DNA of 64,000 nucleotides from an uncultured Anaerolinea sp. (GTDB taxonomy: Bacteria; Chloroflexota; Anaerolineae; Promineifilales; Promineifilaceae), in the NCBI GenBank assembly GCA_964504445.1, contig CAZDEO010000003.1, positions 21,690 to 85,689 of the forward strand, in the 5' to 3' direction. Position 1 is the stretch's first letter, and each line of letters opens with the position of its first letter. Shown in pieces: positions 36,780 through 46,783 of this stretch. The position numbers and the translations under genes were made by a program. The notes under the pieces were generated by a model, which saw only the letters and a program-made list of their open reading frames with translations, did no database searches and was not told the DNA's origin.

Positions 36780-37210
36780 GCGGTCCAATCCTATTGTTCG
36801 TGCTGCGCACGCTTAGCGCCATACTGCTTTTGGGCTTTCTAGGCCTTATCACCTGGTTCATTTATCGTGACTTAAAAATGACAGCGCTTGCCCTAAACAG
36901 CCAGCAGCACGGCCGGGGTGCCCTGCGGGTTATTGCGGCCACAGAAAGCAAGCTGGCTTTGGACACGCTATTCTCATTGCAGCCTGTCACGACAATTGGC
37001 CGCAATGAGCAAAATGCCATTGTGCTTGACGACAGCTACGCTTCTGGTGAGCATGCTTTGTTGGCCTGGCGGGGCAATCAATGGTGGGTGGAAGATTTAG
37101 GCAGTCGTAATGGCACGCTGTTGAATGGAGCGCCTCTTACTAGTAGTACAATCATTGCGCCGGGGGATATTATCTCCATTGGAGACACGCAACTAAAATT
37201 AGAGCTGTAA
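36776..37210 (+). CDS. FhaB-like membrane-anchored FHA-domain protein
   Basis: 144 aa. An N-terminal TM helix is followed by FHA (TIGRNEQNAIVLDDSYASGEHALL...GSRNGTLLNG). It overlaps the upstream gene by 4 nt. Confidence 0.8.
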   Translation: MSGPILLFVLRTLSAILLLGFLGLITWFIYRDLKMTALALNSQQHGRGALRVIAATESKLALDTLFSLQPVTTIGRNEQNAIVLDDSYASGEHALLAWRGNQWWVEDLGSRNGTLLNGAPLTSSTIIAPGDIISIGDTQLKLEL

Positions 37211-37403
37211 TGGCTTCTGGGCTACCAGCCCACCACTGGTTTTGTGGATTTGTCCTTCTCGCCAGAAATTTTGTTGTCCGTATTCAAAAATATGAAAAGC
37301 GGTAACTACTTTTGTAGAAGGGGGCGCGGGCTGCTTTGTAACCATTTCGCGCCTTCTGCAAGGTAACGGCCGTTCCACTTGGTAGCAGCGGGATGTGACA
37401 TAG

Positions 37404-37473
37404 AAATTGACGATTCGCAATTAACGATTTACGATTGCAGCGTATCGTAAGCCGTCACGTTAAAATCGTCAAT
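37404..37473. repeat. Heptamer-phased block (ATTGACG/CGATTNN family) with inverted ends
   Basis: CG recurs in 7-nt phase at 37411, 37425, 37432, 37446, 37453 and 37467. The ends ATTGACGATT (37405-37414) and AATCGTCAAT (37464-37473) are perfect inverted copies, with inner TTACGAT/ATCGTAA pairing. The unit family is shared with 23230-23320. Confidence 0.7.
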
Positions 37474-37494
37474 CTAACAGCACAGAGGTGAAAT

Positions 37495-38292
37495 ATGGAC
37501 TTAGGACTCAATGGAAAAGTAGCGCTGGTGGTAGCAGCTAGCAAAGGTTTGGGCTTTGCCGCAGCACGGCAGCTTGTCTTGGAAGGAGCAAATGTGGCCA
37601 TTTGCAGTCGTTCCCAACAGCAAGTAGATGAGGCTGTCGCCAAATTGCAGGAACTAGGTAGCCCAGAAACGGCCGTTGCCGGCTTCGTCACTGACGTCAC
37701 CAACGCAGAACAAATTTACCAACTTGTTCAAGATACCGTTGAAATCTTTGGCCGTCTCGACGTTCTCATCACCAACGCCGGCGGCCCTCCTGGCGGCACC
37801 TTCGACACCACCGACATCTCTTCTTGGGAAAAAGCCTTCCATCTTACTTTGATGAGCGTCACCCACCTGATCAAAGCAGCTTTGCCTCACCTGCGCCAGA
37901 GCAGCACCCCCAGCATTTTGACAATTACTAGCGTATCCGTCAAACAACCTATAGCCGGTTTACTGCTATCAAACGCCATTCGGCCCGCCGTAGTTGGCCT
38001 CACCAAAAGCCTTTCCCAGGAATTAGGTAGCGAAAATATCCGCGTCAACTCCATTTTGCCCGGCTGGACAGCCACCGAACGAGTTGGCGAAATACTGACC
38101 TATCGAGCGCAGCAAAATGGAACCACGAAAGAGGCTGAAGAGGCAAAAATTACCCAAAGCATTCCCCTGGGACGTATGGCCACACCGGCCGAGTTTGGCA
38201 ATGTCGCCGCATTTTTGGTTTCACCTGCTGCCAGCTATGTGAATGGGGTTATGGTCCAGGTAGACGGTGGCAGTTACTCTGGTTTGTTATAG
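37495..38292 (+). CDS. Short-chain dehydrogenase/reductase (SDR) family oxidoreductase
   Basis: 265 aa with VVAASKGLG (TGxxxGxG-like), NAGG, and a C-terminal YVNGVMVQVDGG. Confidence 0.85.
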   Translation: MDLGLNGKVALVVAASKGLGFAAARQLVLEGANVAICSRSQQQVDEAVAKLQELGSPETAVAGFVTDVTNAEQIYQLVQDTVEIFGRLDVLITNAGGPPGGTFDTTDISSWEKAFHLTLMSVTHLIKAALPHLRQSSTPSILTITSVSVKQPIAGLLLSNAIRPAVVGLTKSLSQELGSENIRVNSILPGWTATERVGEILTYRAQQNGTTKEAEEAKITQSIPLGRMATPAEFGNVAAFLVSPAASYVNGVMVQVDGGSYSGLL

Positions 38293-38825
38293 CTATACAC
38301 GTGTGCTTTCAGTTCGGCGATATAAGGCAGGGTACGGTGCTGATCTGCATAATCAAGGCCGTATCCCACTACCCAAACATCGGGGATCTCGAAACCCAGG
38401 TAATCTACGGGAACATCCAAGCTTTCCCGCGTTTTACGGACAAAGGTGCAGGTTCGCAGTGAGGCGGGCCTGCGCCCTAGTAGCGTTTTGTAGAGATAGT
38501 TTAGGGTTTGTCCTGTATCTACAATGTCTTCCACCAAAATAACGTGCTTGCCCTCAATAGGCTCGCGCAGATCCATAATTACCCGTACTTCGCCTGATTG
38601 GGCTGTTTTGCCGTAACTGGAAACCGCCATGAAGTCTACCCGATGCGAGATAGTAATATGGCGGGCCAGGTCTGCAAGGAAGATAAAGGCCCCTTTTAGC
38701 ACACCAACCAGATACAAATTATTGCTGATGTGGGCATAATCCTGGGATATTTGCCTAGCCAAAGCCAGGACACGTTTTTGAATGGTGTCTTCAGTTAGCA
38801 ATACACGGGCAAGATCTTCATGCAT
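38274..38825 (-). CDS. hpt: Hypoxanthine phosphoribosyltransferase
   Basis: 183 aa with VGVLKGAFIFLADL, the PRPP motif VILVEDIVDTGQT, and GYGLDY. Confidence 0.9.
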   Translation of the reverse strand: MHEDLARVLLTEDTIQKRVLALARQISQDYAHISNNLYLVGVLKGAFIFLADLARHITISHRVDFMAVSSYGKTAQSGEVRVIMDLREPIEGKHVILVEDIVDTGQTLNYLYKTLLGRRPASLRTCTFVRKTRESLDVPVDYLGFEIPDVWVVGYGLDYADQHRTLPYIAELKAHVYSYNKPE

Positions 38826-39045
38826 ATTTATATGACCTCCCTCGAAAAACGCCAGCGCAGGAGAAGGGATTTCCTCAAGTTGAGCCTACGCGCATGCCGA
38901 TTCCTTTGATATTATCAGTAATTGGGTTGGGTGAACCCACCAATGCCGGTAAACGATAATCAATAATTTTGTTAACGCATACCAAACAGTATGCGCTAAA
39001 TGGCCCTAAATGTGAAGTGACAAATGTCACGAGGAGTGGCACACA

Positions 39046-40992
39046 ATGTTCCATGGTAGTGGTTGGTTTGCTTACTTACGATATGACGAAGAACAAGATC
39101 GTCCGGCTGTTTCCCGTGATTTGATAAGGCGAGTGTGGCGATTTGCCCATCCTTACCAGGGGCAAGTATTACTGCTCTTGCTTACCATTATGCTCATTTC
39201 CGGACTATCTTTGATCTCCCCTTTGCTTTTTCGCGCGCTTATTGACAGAGCCATTCCTGACCGGGACTTTACGCTGCTAAATTGGTTGGCATTGGGGATG
39301 ATCGGTATTCCCATTGTAAATGGCGTAATAGGCGTATGGCAACGGCAGCTTAACTCCGCCGTTGGGGAAGGGGTTATTTGTGATCTGCGCCAGGCTTTAT
39401 ATGGTCATATGCAGCGAATGTCTCTGCGCTTTTTTACGCAAACGCGCACTGGTGAGTTGATGTCGCGCCTAAATAATGACGTGGTAGGCGCACAGCAGGC
39501 AATTAGCAATACATTTGTAACCATTGTTTCTAATCTGGTGACGCTAGTGGCAACTTTGGCCATTATGTTGACATTGGAATGGCGATTAACGCTGTTGGCG
39601 CTGGCTATTTTACCTTTGTTCGTGCTGCCAGCTCGGCGCATTGGCCGCATTTTACGGGATATTCGGCGGCGTTCTATGGAGCTGAATGCTGAGATGAATG
39701 CCACCATGAATGAGACGCTGAACGTGAGCGGTGCGTTGTTAGTGAAGTTGTTTGGACGAGAAGAGCGGGAAATGGCCCGCTTTCGCCGCGATGCAGAGGA
39801 GGTGCGGGATATTGGTATTCGGTCGGCGGTCATTGGACGCTGGTTTTTTATGCTTTTGAGCATTGTCAGTGCGGTGGGTACGGCCGTCGTCTTTTGGGTC
39901 GGTGGCCACCTTGTGCTGCGGGGAGAGTTTACCATTGGCACGATTGTGGCTTTTGGCAATTATTTGATGCAGTTATATGGACCGCTTATGTCATTGACGA
40001 ATGCACCGGTGGAGTTTGCCCAAAGTATGGTCAGTTTTGAACGCGTGTTTGAAGCGCTAGACATAGCGGTAGAAATTGAAGAGCGATCTGATGCCGAACC
40101 CCTGAAAGATGTTCACGGCCGTCTCGCGTTCCAGAATGTTTCTTTTGCCTATGCTGGCGATGATAAAGGGACACAAATGGCCTTGCCCGAAATTGCTCGC
40201 TTTACCCGGGGCGGGAGCGACGTGCATCTCAAGCGCGGCAAGCAAAAAGGAAACGGCCGTGAAGACACAGCCGGAATGCCTTCCACAGAACCTACTCAAG
40301 CAAGAACGTGGGCGCTCCAAAATGTAACCTTTCACATCGAACCTGGCCAGCTAGTAGCCCTGGTAGGCCCCAGCGGTGCAGGCAAAACCACTATTACCTA
40401 TCTCATTCCCCGCCTGTATGATCCCACATCTGGCACAGTTTTTGTAGACGACATCGATGTCAAAGAAACCACCCTTGTTTCCCTTGCCCACAACATTGGT
40501 ATGGTCACACAAGAAACCTATCTCTTCTATGACACAATCCGCGCTAATTTGCTTTACGCTCAACCCCATGCAACCGAAGAAGAAATGGTTGCCGCCGCTA
40601 AGGCAGCCAATATTCACGATTTCATCATGGGATTGGCAGATGGGTATGACACGGTTGTTGGTGAGCGCGGCTATCGCCTTAGCGGCGGTGAACGCCAGCG
40701 CATTGCAATTGCGCGGGTCATCCTCAAAGATCCACGCATCCTGGTGTTAGATGAGGCCACCTCGCACCTGGATTCTTTATCCGAAGCGCTGATTCAGGAA
40801 GCGTTACAGCACGTCATGCAAGGGCGCACTAGTTTGGTTATTGCCCATCGCCTTTCTACCATATTAGCTGCTGACCAGATTTTAGTGATGGACCAGGGAC
40901 AACTGGTGGAGCAAGGCACTCATGCCGATTTGTTAGCCCAGAATGGGCTGTACGCTGCCCTTTATGAGACCCAGTTCCGTGAACACAGTTAG
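39046..40992 (+). CDS. ABC exporter, fused permease/ATPase (MsbA/type I exporter-like) with an insert before the NBD
   Basis: 648 aa with six TM segments, Walker A GPSGAGKTT, signature LSGGERQR and Walker B ILVLDEATSHLD. An insert of about 45 aa (GDDKGTQMALPEIARFTRGGSDVHLKRGKQKGNGREDTAGMPSTEP) lies in the NBD N-terminus. Confidence 0.85.
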   Translation: MFHGSGWFAYLRYDEEQDRPAVSRDLIRRVWRFAHPYQGQVLLLLLTIMLISGLSLISPLLFRALIDRAIPDRDFTLLNWLALGMIGIPIVNGVIGVWQRQLNSAVGEGVICDLRQALYGHMQRMSLRFFTQTRTGELMSRLNNDVVGAQQAISNTFVTIVSNLVTLVATLAIMLTLEWRLTLLALAILPLFVLPARRIGRILRDIRRRSMELNAEMNATMNETLNVSGALLVKLFGREEREMARFRRDAEEVRDIGIRSAVIGRWFFMLLSIVSAVGTAVVFWVGGHLVLRGEFTIGTIVAFGNYLMQLYGPLMSLTNAPVEFAQSMVSFERVFEALDIAVEIEERSDAEPLKDVHGRLAFQNVSFAYAGDDKGTQMALPEIARFTRGGSDVHLKRGKQKGNGREDTAGMPSTEPTQARTWALQNVTFHIEPGQLVALVGPSGAGKTTITYLIPRLYDPTSGTVFVDDIDVKETTLVSLAHNIGMVTQETYLFYDTIRANLLYAQPHATEEEMVAAAKAANIHDFIMGLADGYDTVVGERGYRLSGGERQRIAIARVILKDPRILVLDEATSHLDSLSEALIQEALQHVMQGRTSLVIAHRLSTILAADQILVMDQGQLVEQGTHADLLAQNGLYAALYETQFREHS

Positions 40993-40995
40993 CAG

Positions 40996-42018
40996 CTAGT
41001 GGGGAGGTGTGTCTACATTTTCCAGCCACTCTTCCACAATTTGAATGCCTAAAACCGGGGCATAGATATTGCGCGTGGTAGAAATGTCTGTGTGGCCCAA
41101 AAATTCTTGCACCACCTCCAAAGGCATGCCAGCACGTAACAGCTGTGTTGCCCGGTAATGGCGAAAATCATGAGCTGAAAGGTTATCATGTAGCTGTAGT
41201 GCCTTTACAGCTTTTTTAACCACGTTGTGAGCGGCAGTGGTGGAAAGGCGCGCATTTTTGGCGTTGCGGCTGTGGGAGATGAAGAGTGCTGGGTTGGCAT
41301 CGTCCCGTTCAGCCAGATATGCACGAATGGCTGGCCCGGCATAATCGCGAATATGTAGCGTCCGCGGCTTATTGCCCTTGCCTGTTATTGTGGCGAATTT
41401 CGCGTAACCGTTGTCCACGTTGCTGCGATTCAAACTGACCACTTCAGATATGCGGGCAGCCGTGGCGTAGAGCACTTGCACCAACGCCCGGTCACGAAGC
41501 AGTGAAAGGCGACGATTGTAGCTGTCGTTTTGCTGGGGAAGGGGGAGATTTTCGTAATAGGCTATTATTTGGGGAATGGCTTGCCGTGCCTCATCCATAT
41601 CAATTACCATTTCGGCCTGGTTGCGCTCTAGCGGACGGCGGGCCAACTGGCGTTGTAGCTTGCCCAGTTGGATGGTTTCGGGCAGGGCGTCGATGCCGTC
41701 AAGATAGTTCAAATAGCCCATGAGCGCAGCCAGGTAGGTTGTTGTCGTGGATTTAGCGCGGTTAGCCAGCAGCCAGGTGCGGAAGTTGAGAATTACGGCC
41801 GTATCCAAGTTTGCCGGCGAAAGTGGCCACTCAGTATCTAGACTGTAGTCGAGACGGCCAAAATGCTGCAACCAGTCTGCAAACAGGCGCAAACCAGAGC
41901 GATACGTTGTTTCTGTTTTGGCGCTGTGAATACCCGCTTCCAATAAAAAACTGGTTTCATGCAGCCAGGCCGGCTTGGCGGGAAACGGCCGTTTTGAAAG
42001 AGGTAAAACCTGTGGCAT
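40996..42018 (-). CDS. Tyrosine recombinase / phage-integrase-family protein (XerC/D-like)
   Basis: 340 aa. The catalytic pattern is present: ARISE (Arg), HDFRHY (His-x-x-Arg), LGH, and NIY (Tyr). It contains two ACGGCCGT copies. Confidence 0.8.
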   Translation of the reverse strand: MPQVLPLSKRPFPAKPAWLHETSFLLEAGIHSAKTETTYRSGLRLFADWLQHFGRLDYSLDTEWPLSPANLDTAVILNFRTWLLANRAKSTTTTYLAALMGYLNYLDGIDALPETIQLGKLQRQLARRPLERNQAEMVIDMDEARQAIPQIIAYYENLPLPQQNDSYNRRLSLLRDRALVQVLYATAARISEVVSLNRSNVDNGYAKFATITGKGNKPRTLHIRDYAGPAIRAYLAERDDANPALFISHSRNAKNARLSTTAAHNVVKKAVKALQLHDNLSAHDFRHYRATQLLRAGMPLEVVQEFLGHTDISTTRNIYAPVLGIQIVEEWLENVDTPPH

Positions 42019-42066
42019 TTGGACAACACCTCCGGGGTGGGCAAGGTCAAGATAAGATACACCCGA

Positions 42067-42102
42067 TTATACTTAAGCTAAGTTACATTAACTTAAGTAT
42101 AA
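42067..42102. repeat. Perfect 11-bp inverted repeat with 14-nt spacer in the recombinase/pilin-like intergenic region
   Basis: TTATACTTAAG (42067-42077) and CTTAAGTATAA (42092-42102). Confidence 0.7.
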
Positions 42103-42232
42103 CCACTCTGGCCCAAAAATCAACCACCTGAAAATTTGATTGCCCCTCGTTTGCCCATTTCGTCCGCTAACATTTTGTGCTATGCTGAAAGAATATTATT
42201 TAGTTCTTTTTTTATCTTTAAATGAGGGAATC

Positions 42233-42736
42233 ATGACAACAAAATACGGTTCAGAAAAAGGTCAATCCTTAGTAGAATATGGCCTTGTTTTGGTTTTAGT
42301 AGCCATTGTAATCGCGGCTATTCTGGCAATATTCGGCGACACTGTGAAGGGTACGTACTGCCGTACGACCTACATGCTCGCACCTGATACTGATTTATCC
42401 GAAACTTGCCAGGCGCCTATTGTGATGTCCATCACCAGCCACAACGGCAACGCCATTAGTGTAGAAGCGCGTGTTCACGATCCTGACGGCAATCCCAATG
42501 CACCCTATGCGGCCATCGACAGAGTGGAGTTTTACATAGACGATGTAAATTCCACTCCCGTCATCATTGAATATCAATATCGCTACTGCCTCGGTGCTGG
42601 AGATGGGAATGCCACTGGATGTGGAACATATTACAACATCAGCGGCTTGTCTTCTGGCAGCCACGAAGTGATCATGTTAGCCTACGATGATGATGGAAAT
42701 GTGGGCCAGGCGCGCTACCGATTCACCAAGGATTAG
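42233..42736 (+). CDS. Flp-type (type IVb, class III-like) prepilin N-terminus fused to a beta-rich Ig-like C-terminal domain
   Basis: ATG 42233 with GAGGGA upstream. The N-terminus MTTKYGSEKG-QSLVEYGLVLVLVAIVIAAILAIF matches the Flp G/xxxxEY processing motif plus a hydrophobic helix. The remaining residues, about 120 aa (VHDPDGNPN...VEFYIDD...GSHEVIMLAYDDDGNVG), look like an Ig-like domain. Confidence 0.6.
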   Translation: MTTKYGSEKGQSLVEYGLVLVLVAIVIAAILAIFGDTVKGTYCRTTYMLAPDTDLSETCQAPIVMSITSHNGNAISVEARVHDPDGNPNAPYAAIDRVEFYIDDVNSTPVIIEYQYRYCLGAGDGNATGCGTYYNISGLSSGSHEVIMLAYDDDGNVGQARYRFTKD

Positions 42737-42792
42737 CGGCCATTTAGCCTTTCCTAATTAAGCCACAATAAAGCTATGCGAAAATTCTGCTC

Positions 42793-43257
42793 ATGAGAAA
42801 GGACAGCGCAATTGAATTGTGGCAACTTAAAACTGAATTATACGCTCTTTTACAGTTGTTGTATGAGGGTGTAGATCACCTTGACGATCTTACTTGCAAA
42901 ACCATTGCCAGAGCTTTGGGTGAATTACTGCAAGAGACCATCTCATTACCCGACAATATGGCGCCAGACGCAATAGAAGCATTTGCCCGTGACACATTGA
43001 TTGGCACCGACCAACTAAAAGAAGAGTTGATAGCGCGTTGGCAGGAAGAGCTCCAACCTTTGATGGGCCGTGCCCGCCACAGAGCTGAACAGCTCGGACA
43101 TAGGCTTGCTGACTTCACGCCCCTGGCCGTCAATGGTGAGGAATGGGGTGCAATTTGCCTCAAATGTCTTGATTGGGTAATGATTACACCACATAGCACT
43201 CGTGGCGCTCTGCTCACAGAATGCCGTAGTTGGGTAGCCAACTGGAAGTCAGATTAA
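42793..43257 (+). CDS. Hypothetical protein
   Basis: 154 aa, predicted helical, with no recognisable motif. It lies in an AT-richer tract free of ACGGCCGT. Confidence 0.45.
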   Translation: MRKDSAIELWQLKTELYALLQLLYEGVDHLDDLTCKTIARALGELLQETISLPDNMAPDAIEAFARDTLIGTDQLKEELIARWQEELQPLMGRARHRAEQLGHRLADFTPLAVNGEEWGAICLKCLDWVMITPHSTRGALLTECRSWVANWKSD

Positions 43258-43389
43258 ATTTCTGCCTCCGCTTACTAGTCGTTTTTCCCCCACCCCAATA
43301 TTAGCAATCTTTTAAAAATCGCTAGCCAACAGCTTTTTTATGTGTTAAAATTTTGATATGTCTAAATTTTTGTCTAGGAGGTGTTAAAA

Positions 43390-44430
43390 ATGCCTGATCC
43401 CCTTACCTCACTGTTGGTTGCTACAAGCCTGGCAAGTTTGGGTATTCTGCTTTTTTGGCCAGAAAAGGGCCTGATTTCCCGTTGGCAAAAAACTCGCCAA
43501 ATTACGCAGCGCATGTTAGGCGAGGATGCCTTAAAACACATACACAAATGCGATATGAAAGGACGTCGTCCGACTATGGAAAGCATTGCTGGCGCTTTGC
43601 GAATTAGCCCCAACGAGACAGCCGAACTGGTACATGGGTTGCAATCGCAAAAACTGGTGGAGGTGGTTGAAGGGGAAATTCACCTGACCCCACAAGGTCG
43701 TGAGTCAGCCCTGCACATTATCCGTGCCCACCGTTTGTGGGAGCGCTATTTGGCTGAAGAAACTGGCTATCAGGAAGCCGATTGGCATGATCAGGCCGAG
43801 CGTTTTGAGCATCACCTGTCGCCGGATGAATTGGATAGTCTGGCAGCACAACTCAATTATCCCACCCATGACCCCCACGGGGATCCTATACCCACGGCTG
43901 GGGGAGAGATGGTTACCCATGGCGGGCGACCTCTGACATCTTTGCCCGTTGACGTTCAAGGGCACATTGTGCACCTTGAAGATGAGCCACCTGTCGTTTA
44001 TGCTCAGTTAGTCGCTGAAGGTTTGCATGTGGGGATGCCCATCCGGGTTATCGAAGCAACGGCAGAACGCATTCGCTTTTGGGCCAACGGGGATGAGCAT
44101 GTGTTGGCGCCCATTTTTGCCAACAATATTTCTGTGGTCCCCTTGCCTGAACCCCTTCCGCCCCCTATGGAGGATACCATGTCGCTGAGGGATATTAGAC
44201 CTGGCGAAATGGTAGAAGTTGTGAGCATTTCGCCTCAGTGTCGAGGAACGGAACGTCGCCGTTTTTTGGACCTGGGAATTTTGCCCGGTACAACGATTCA
44301 AACCGAGATGAGAAGCCCGGGCGGCGGCACAACGGCCTATATTATTCGCGGCGCTTTGATTGCTTTGCGTGAACAGCAGGCCAGCTATATCAAAGTCAAA
44401 AAATATCAACCGGAGGTGGCGAAGATATGA
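43390..44430 (+). CDS. DtxR/MntR-family metal-dependent regulator with N-terminal hydrophobic helix and two C-terminal FeoA-like domains
   Basis: The track start 43381 is a GTG abutting the SD. ATG 43390 lies 9 nt after AGGAG. The DtxR-like HTH/dimerisation region ([15 protein letters not shown]...HDPHGDPIP) is followed by two SH3-like FeoA segments ([15 protein letters not shown]..., [15 protein letters not shown]...). Confidence 0.75.
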   Translation: MPDPLTSLLVATSLASLGILLFWPEKGLISRWQKTRQITQRMLGEDALKHIHKCDMKGRRPTMESIAGALRISPNETAELVHGLQSQKLVEVVEGEIHLTPQGRESALHIIRAHRLWERYLAEETGYQEADWHDQAERFEHHLSPDELDSLAAQLNYPTHDPHGDPIPTAGGEMVTHGGRPLTSLPVDVQGHIVHLEDEPPVVYAQLVAEGLHVGMPIRVIEATAERIRFWANGDEHVLAPIFANNISVVPLPEPLPPPMEDTMSLRDIRPGEMVEVVSISPQCRGTERRRFLDLGILPGTTIQTEMRSPGGGTTAYIIRGALIALREQQASYIKVKKYQPEVAKI

Positions 44431-45275
44431 CCACACCAACTTTACGAACAAATACAGCTACTGCGGCGGACTGCGCCGCTTGCCCGGCCCATCATGCGGG
44501 CAATTTGCGCAAGCTAGGCGTAGATATGTCTGATTTTGATTATGTCGTTGCCCTGGCCGGCAACCCCAATGTAGGGAAAAGTACCGTTTTCAATGCGTTG
44601 ACGGGCTTGCGCCAGCACACGGGGAATTGGCCGGGAAAAACGGTAACCCGGGCGGAGGGGGGATTTAGCTATGGTAACGGCCGTTACAAACTTGTTGATC
44701 TGCCCGGCACCTATTCCCTTCTCTCCACCAGCAAAGATGAGGAGATTGCCCGAGACTTCATTCTTTTTGGGCAGCCCGATGTCACCATCATTGTGGTAGA
44801 CGCAACGCGACTGGAGCGCAACCTCAATCTTGCCCTGCAAGTGCTGGAAATTACCGACCGGGCGGTGATAGCCTTGAACCTGATGGACGAAGCGCAGCGG
44901 CATGGTTTGGAGATAGACCATCGGCGGCTGGCGCGGGATTTAGGCGTTCCTGTCGTGCCCATGGCTGCCCGCCAGGGTGAAGGGATTGCTGCGCTGCTGC
45001 AGGCCGTCCATGAAGTAGCTACTGGGCAAACGGTATGCAAGCCACACCGGCTTAAAAGCGAATCTCCCACTGTGCAGAAAGCTGTGGAAACATTAGCCCG
45101 TCAGTTGGAAGCGCAATTTCAGAATTTACCCAATGCTCGCTGGGTTGCCCTCCGTTTGCTAGATGGCGACCAAAGCATCATTGAAGCTGTGCGCAGTGGT
45201 GAAATTGGTAACCTGGCCGCGCCCACCCTTACGCAGCAGCCCGAGAGTTTACCGTTGACGTTGGAGGCCGCATGA
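44427..45275 (+). CDS. feoB: FeoB, separate G-domain (GTPase + helical domain) polypeptide
   Basis: 282 aa with G1 [10 protein letters not shown]3 DLPG and G4 NLMD. It ends with ATGA overlapping the start of the membrane part. An alternative start, MSDFDYV, is possible. Confidence 0.8.
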   Translation: MTTPTLRTNTATAADCAACPAHHAGNLRKLGVDMSDFDYVVALAGNPNVGKSTVFNALTGLRQHTGNWPGKTVTRAEGGFSYGNGRYKLVDLPGTYSLLSTSKDEEIARDFILFGQPDVTIIVVDATRLERNLNLALQVLEITDRAVIALNLMDEAQRHGLEIDHRRLARDLGVPVVPMAARQGEGIAALLQAVHEVATGQTVCKPHRLKSESPTVQKAVETLARQLEAQFQNLPNARWVALRLLDGDQSIIEAVRSGEIGNLAAPTLTQQPESLPLTLEAA

Positions 45276-46759
45276 CAACCTATACGCCTGAATTGAAGGG
45301 GGATGAATTGAGCAAGTCGGTAGAAACGGCCGTTTCCACCCATCCTGAAGCGGACGTCCTCCGCCTGGCTGAATCCCTGCGCTGGCAAGTGGGCCAAAAC
45401 TTTCATGAACAGTTGATGGAAGACATCTACACCGCGGCGGCGCGCATGGCTGACCGGGCTGTTACGCGCCCCAATGAAAAGCCGCGCTTTGACCTGGACC
45501 GTACCATTGACCGCATTGTCACCAGCCGCATTTGGGGTTTTCCGCTGATGATTCTGCTCTTTGCTGTGGTCTTTTGGATCACCATTGTTGGCTCCAATTA
45601 TCCCTCCCAGGCACTGGCCTGGCTGCTGGTAGAGACCATACACCCGGCTTTGCAAACGGGCGCGGCAACCATAGGGCTGCCCTGGTGGCTGAGCGGACTG
45701 CTCATTGATGGCATGTATCTGGCCACAGCCTGGGTTGTCAGCGTGATGCTGCCCCCCATGGCTATTTTCTTCCCGCTGTTCACGCTGCTGGAGGATTTTG
45801 GCTATCTGCCGCGGGTGGCCTTCAACCTGGACAACATTTTTCGCAAGAGTGGGGCCCACGGCAAACAAGCCTTGAGCATGATGATGGGTTTTGGGTGCAA
45901 TGCCGCCGGCGTGGTGGCAACGCGGGTTATTGATAGCCCGCGGGAACGATTGATTGCCATTATTACCAACAACTTTGCCTTGTGTAACGGCCGTTGGCCG
46001 ACCCAAATTCTCATTGCCACCCTGTTTATTGGCGGGCTGGTACCCGCTTACCTGGCGGGGCTGGTCTCGGCGTTGGCGGTGGTGAGCATTGCCATGTTGG
46101 GCGTGCTGCTGAGTTTCGCCGTCTCGTGGGGCCTTTCGCGCAGTATTCTCAAAGGAGAGGTTTCCACCTTTAGCCTGGAACTGCCCCCCTATCGTCCCCC
46201 GCGCATCTGGCAAACCATCTACACCTCGGTCATTGACCGCACCCTGATAGTGTTATGGCGGGCGGTGATGTTTGCGTTACCGGCAGGCGCCGTTATCTGG
46301 CTTTCTGCCAATATTACGCTAGGTGAATTGAGCTTGGCGGAACATTTAATCAACTCCCTTAATCCGGTGGGCTTACTCATTGGGCTAAATGGCGTGATTT
46401 TGTTAGCCTACGTCGTGGCCATTCCCGCTAACGAAATTGTGATTCCCACCATACTGATGCTCACCGTGTTGGTGACGGGTGCCGTGAATGTGGGCGCCGG
46501 TGCGGGGGTGATGTTTGAGCTGGATGACAACCTGGCGATCAAGACCCTATTAGATGCTGGGGGTTGGACGCTGCTAACGGCCGTCAACCTGATGCTCTTC
46601 TCTCTCATCCACAATCCCTGCTCTACCACCATCTATACCATCTACAAAGAAACGGGCAGCAAAAAATGGACCCTCATTGCCGCGCTGCTGCCGGTGGCGA
46701 TGGGGTTCATCATCACCTTTTTAGTGGCGCAGGTGTGGCGGCTGGTTTCCGGGGGATGA
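45272..46759 (+). CDS. feoB: FeoB, separate membrane (gate-domain) polypeptide
   Basis: 495 aa. [18 protein letters not shown]... is followed by about 8-10 TM segments typical of the FeoB permease region. Confidence 0.8.
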   Translation: MTTYTPELKGDELSKSVETAVSTHPEADVLRLAESLRWQVGQNFHEQLMEDIYTAAARMADRAVTRPNEKPRFDLDRTIDRIVTSRIWGFPLMILLFAVVFWITIVGSNYPSQALAWLLVETIHPALQTGAATIGLPWWLSGLLIDGMYLATAWVVSVMLPPMAIFFPLFTLLEDFGYLPRVAFNLDNIFRKSGAHGKQALSMMMGFGCNAAGVVATRVIDSPRERLIAIITNNFALCNGRWPTQILIATLFIGGLVPAYLAGLVSALAVVSIAMLGVLLSFAVSWGLSRSILKGEVSTFSLELPPYRPPRIWQTIYTSVIDRTLIVLWRAVMFALPAGAVIWLSANITLGELSLAEHLINSLNPVGLLIGLNGVILLAYVVAIPANEIVIPTILMLTVLVTGAVNVGAGAGVMFELDDNLAIKTLLDAGGWTLLTAVNLMLFSLIHNPCSTTIYTIYKETGSKKWTLIAALLPVAMGFIITFLVAQVWRLVSGG

Positions 46760-46783
46760 TGGGATGGCACGTTGCCATAGTCT

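Noticed and set aside
37199-37420. 73-aa - strand ORF in the spacer between the FHA genes and the SDR gene.
   Set aside because: It has no SD and no motifs, and it overlaps the 3' end of the FhaB-like gene and the heptamer block. It is probably non-coding.
42067-42102. The 11-bp inverted repeat as a chromosomal dif site for the adjacent Xer-like recombinase.
   Set aside because: dif-type sites have two 11-bp arms separated by about 6 bp. Here the spacer is 14 nt and the arms do not resemble the dif consensus I know.
40996-43257. A prophage or integrative element delimited by the tyrosine recombinase.
   Set aside because: I found no flanking tRNA gene, no direct att-like repeats and no phage or conjugation genes. 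The recombinase itself carries two ACGGCCGT copies, like resident genes. Only the weaker 'small islet' idea is kept, as a finding.
45119-46213. 364-aa - strand ORF overlapping both feoB genes.
   Set aside because: It is antisense to a well-supported FeoB permease ORF. The translation is Gly/Gln/Arg/His-rich with no recognisable domain, start context or SD.
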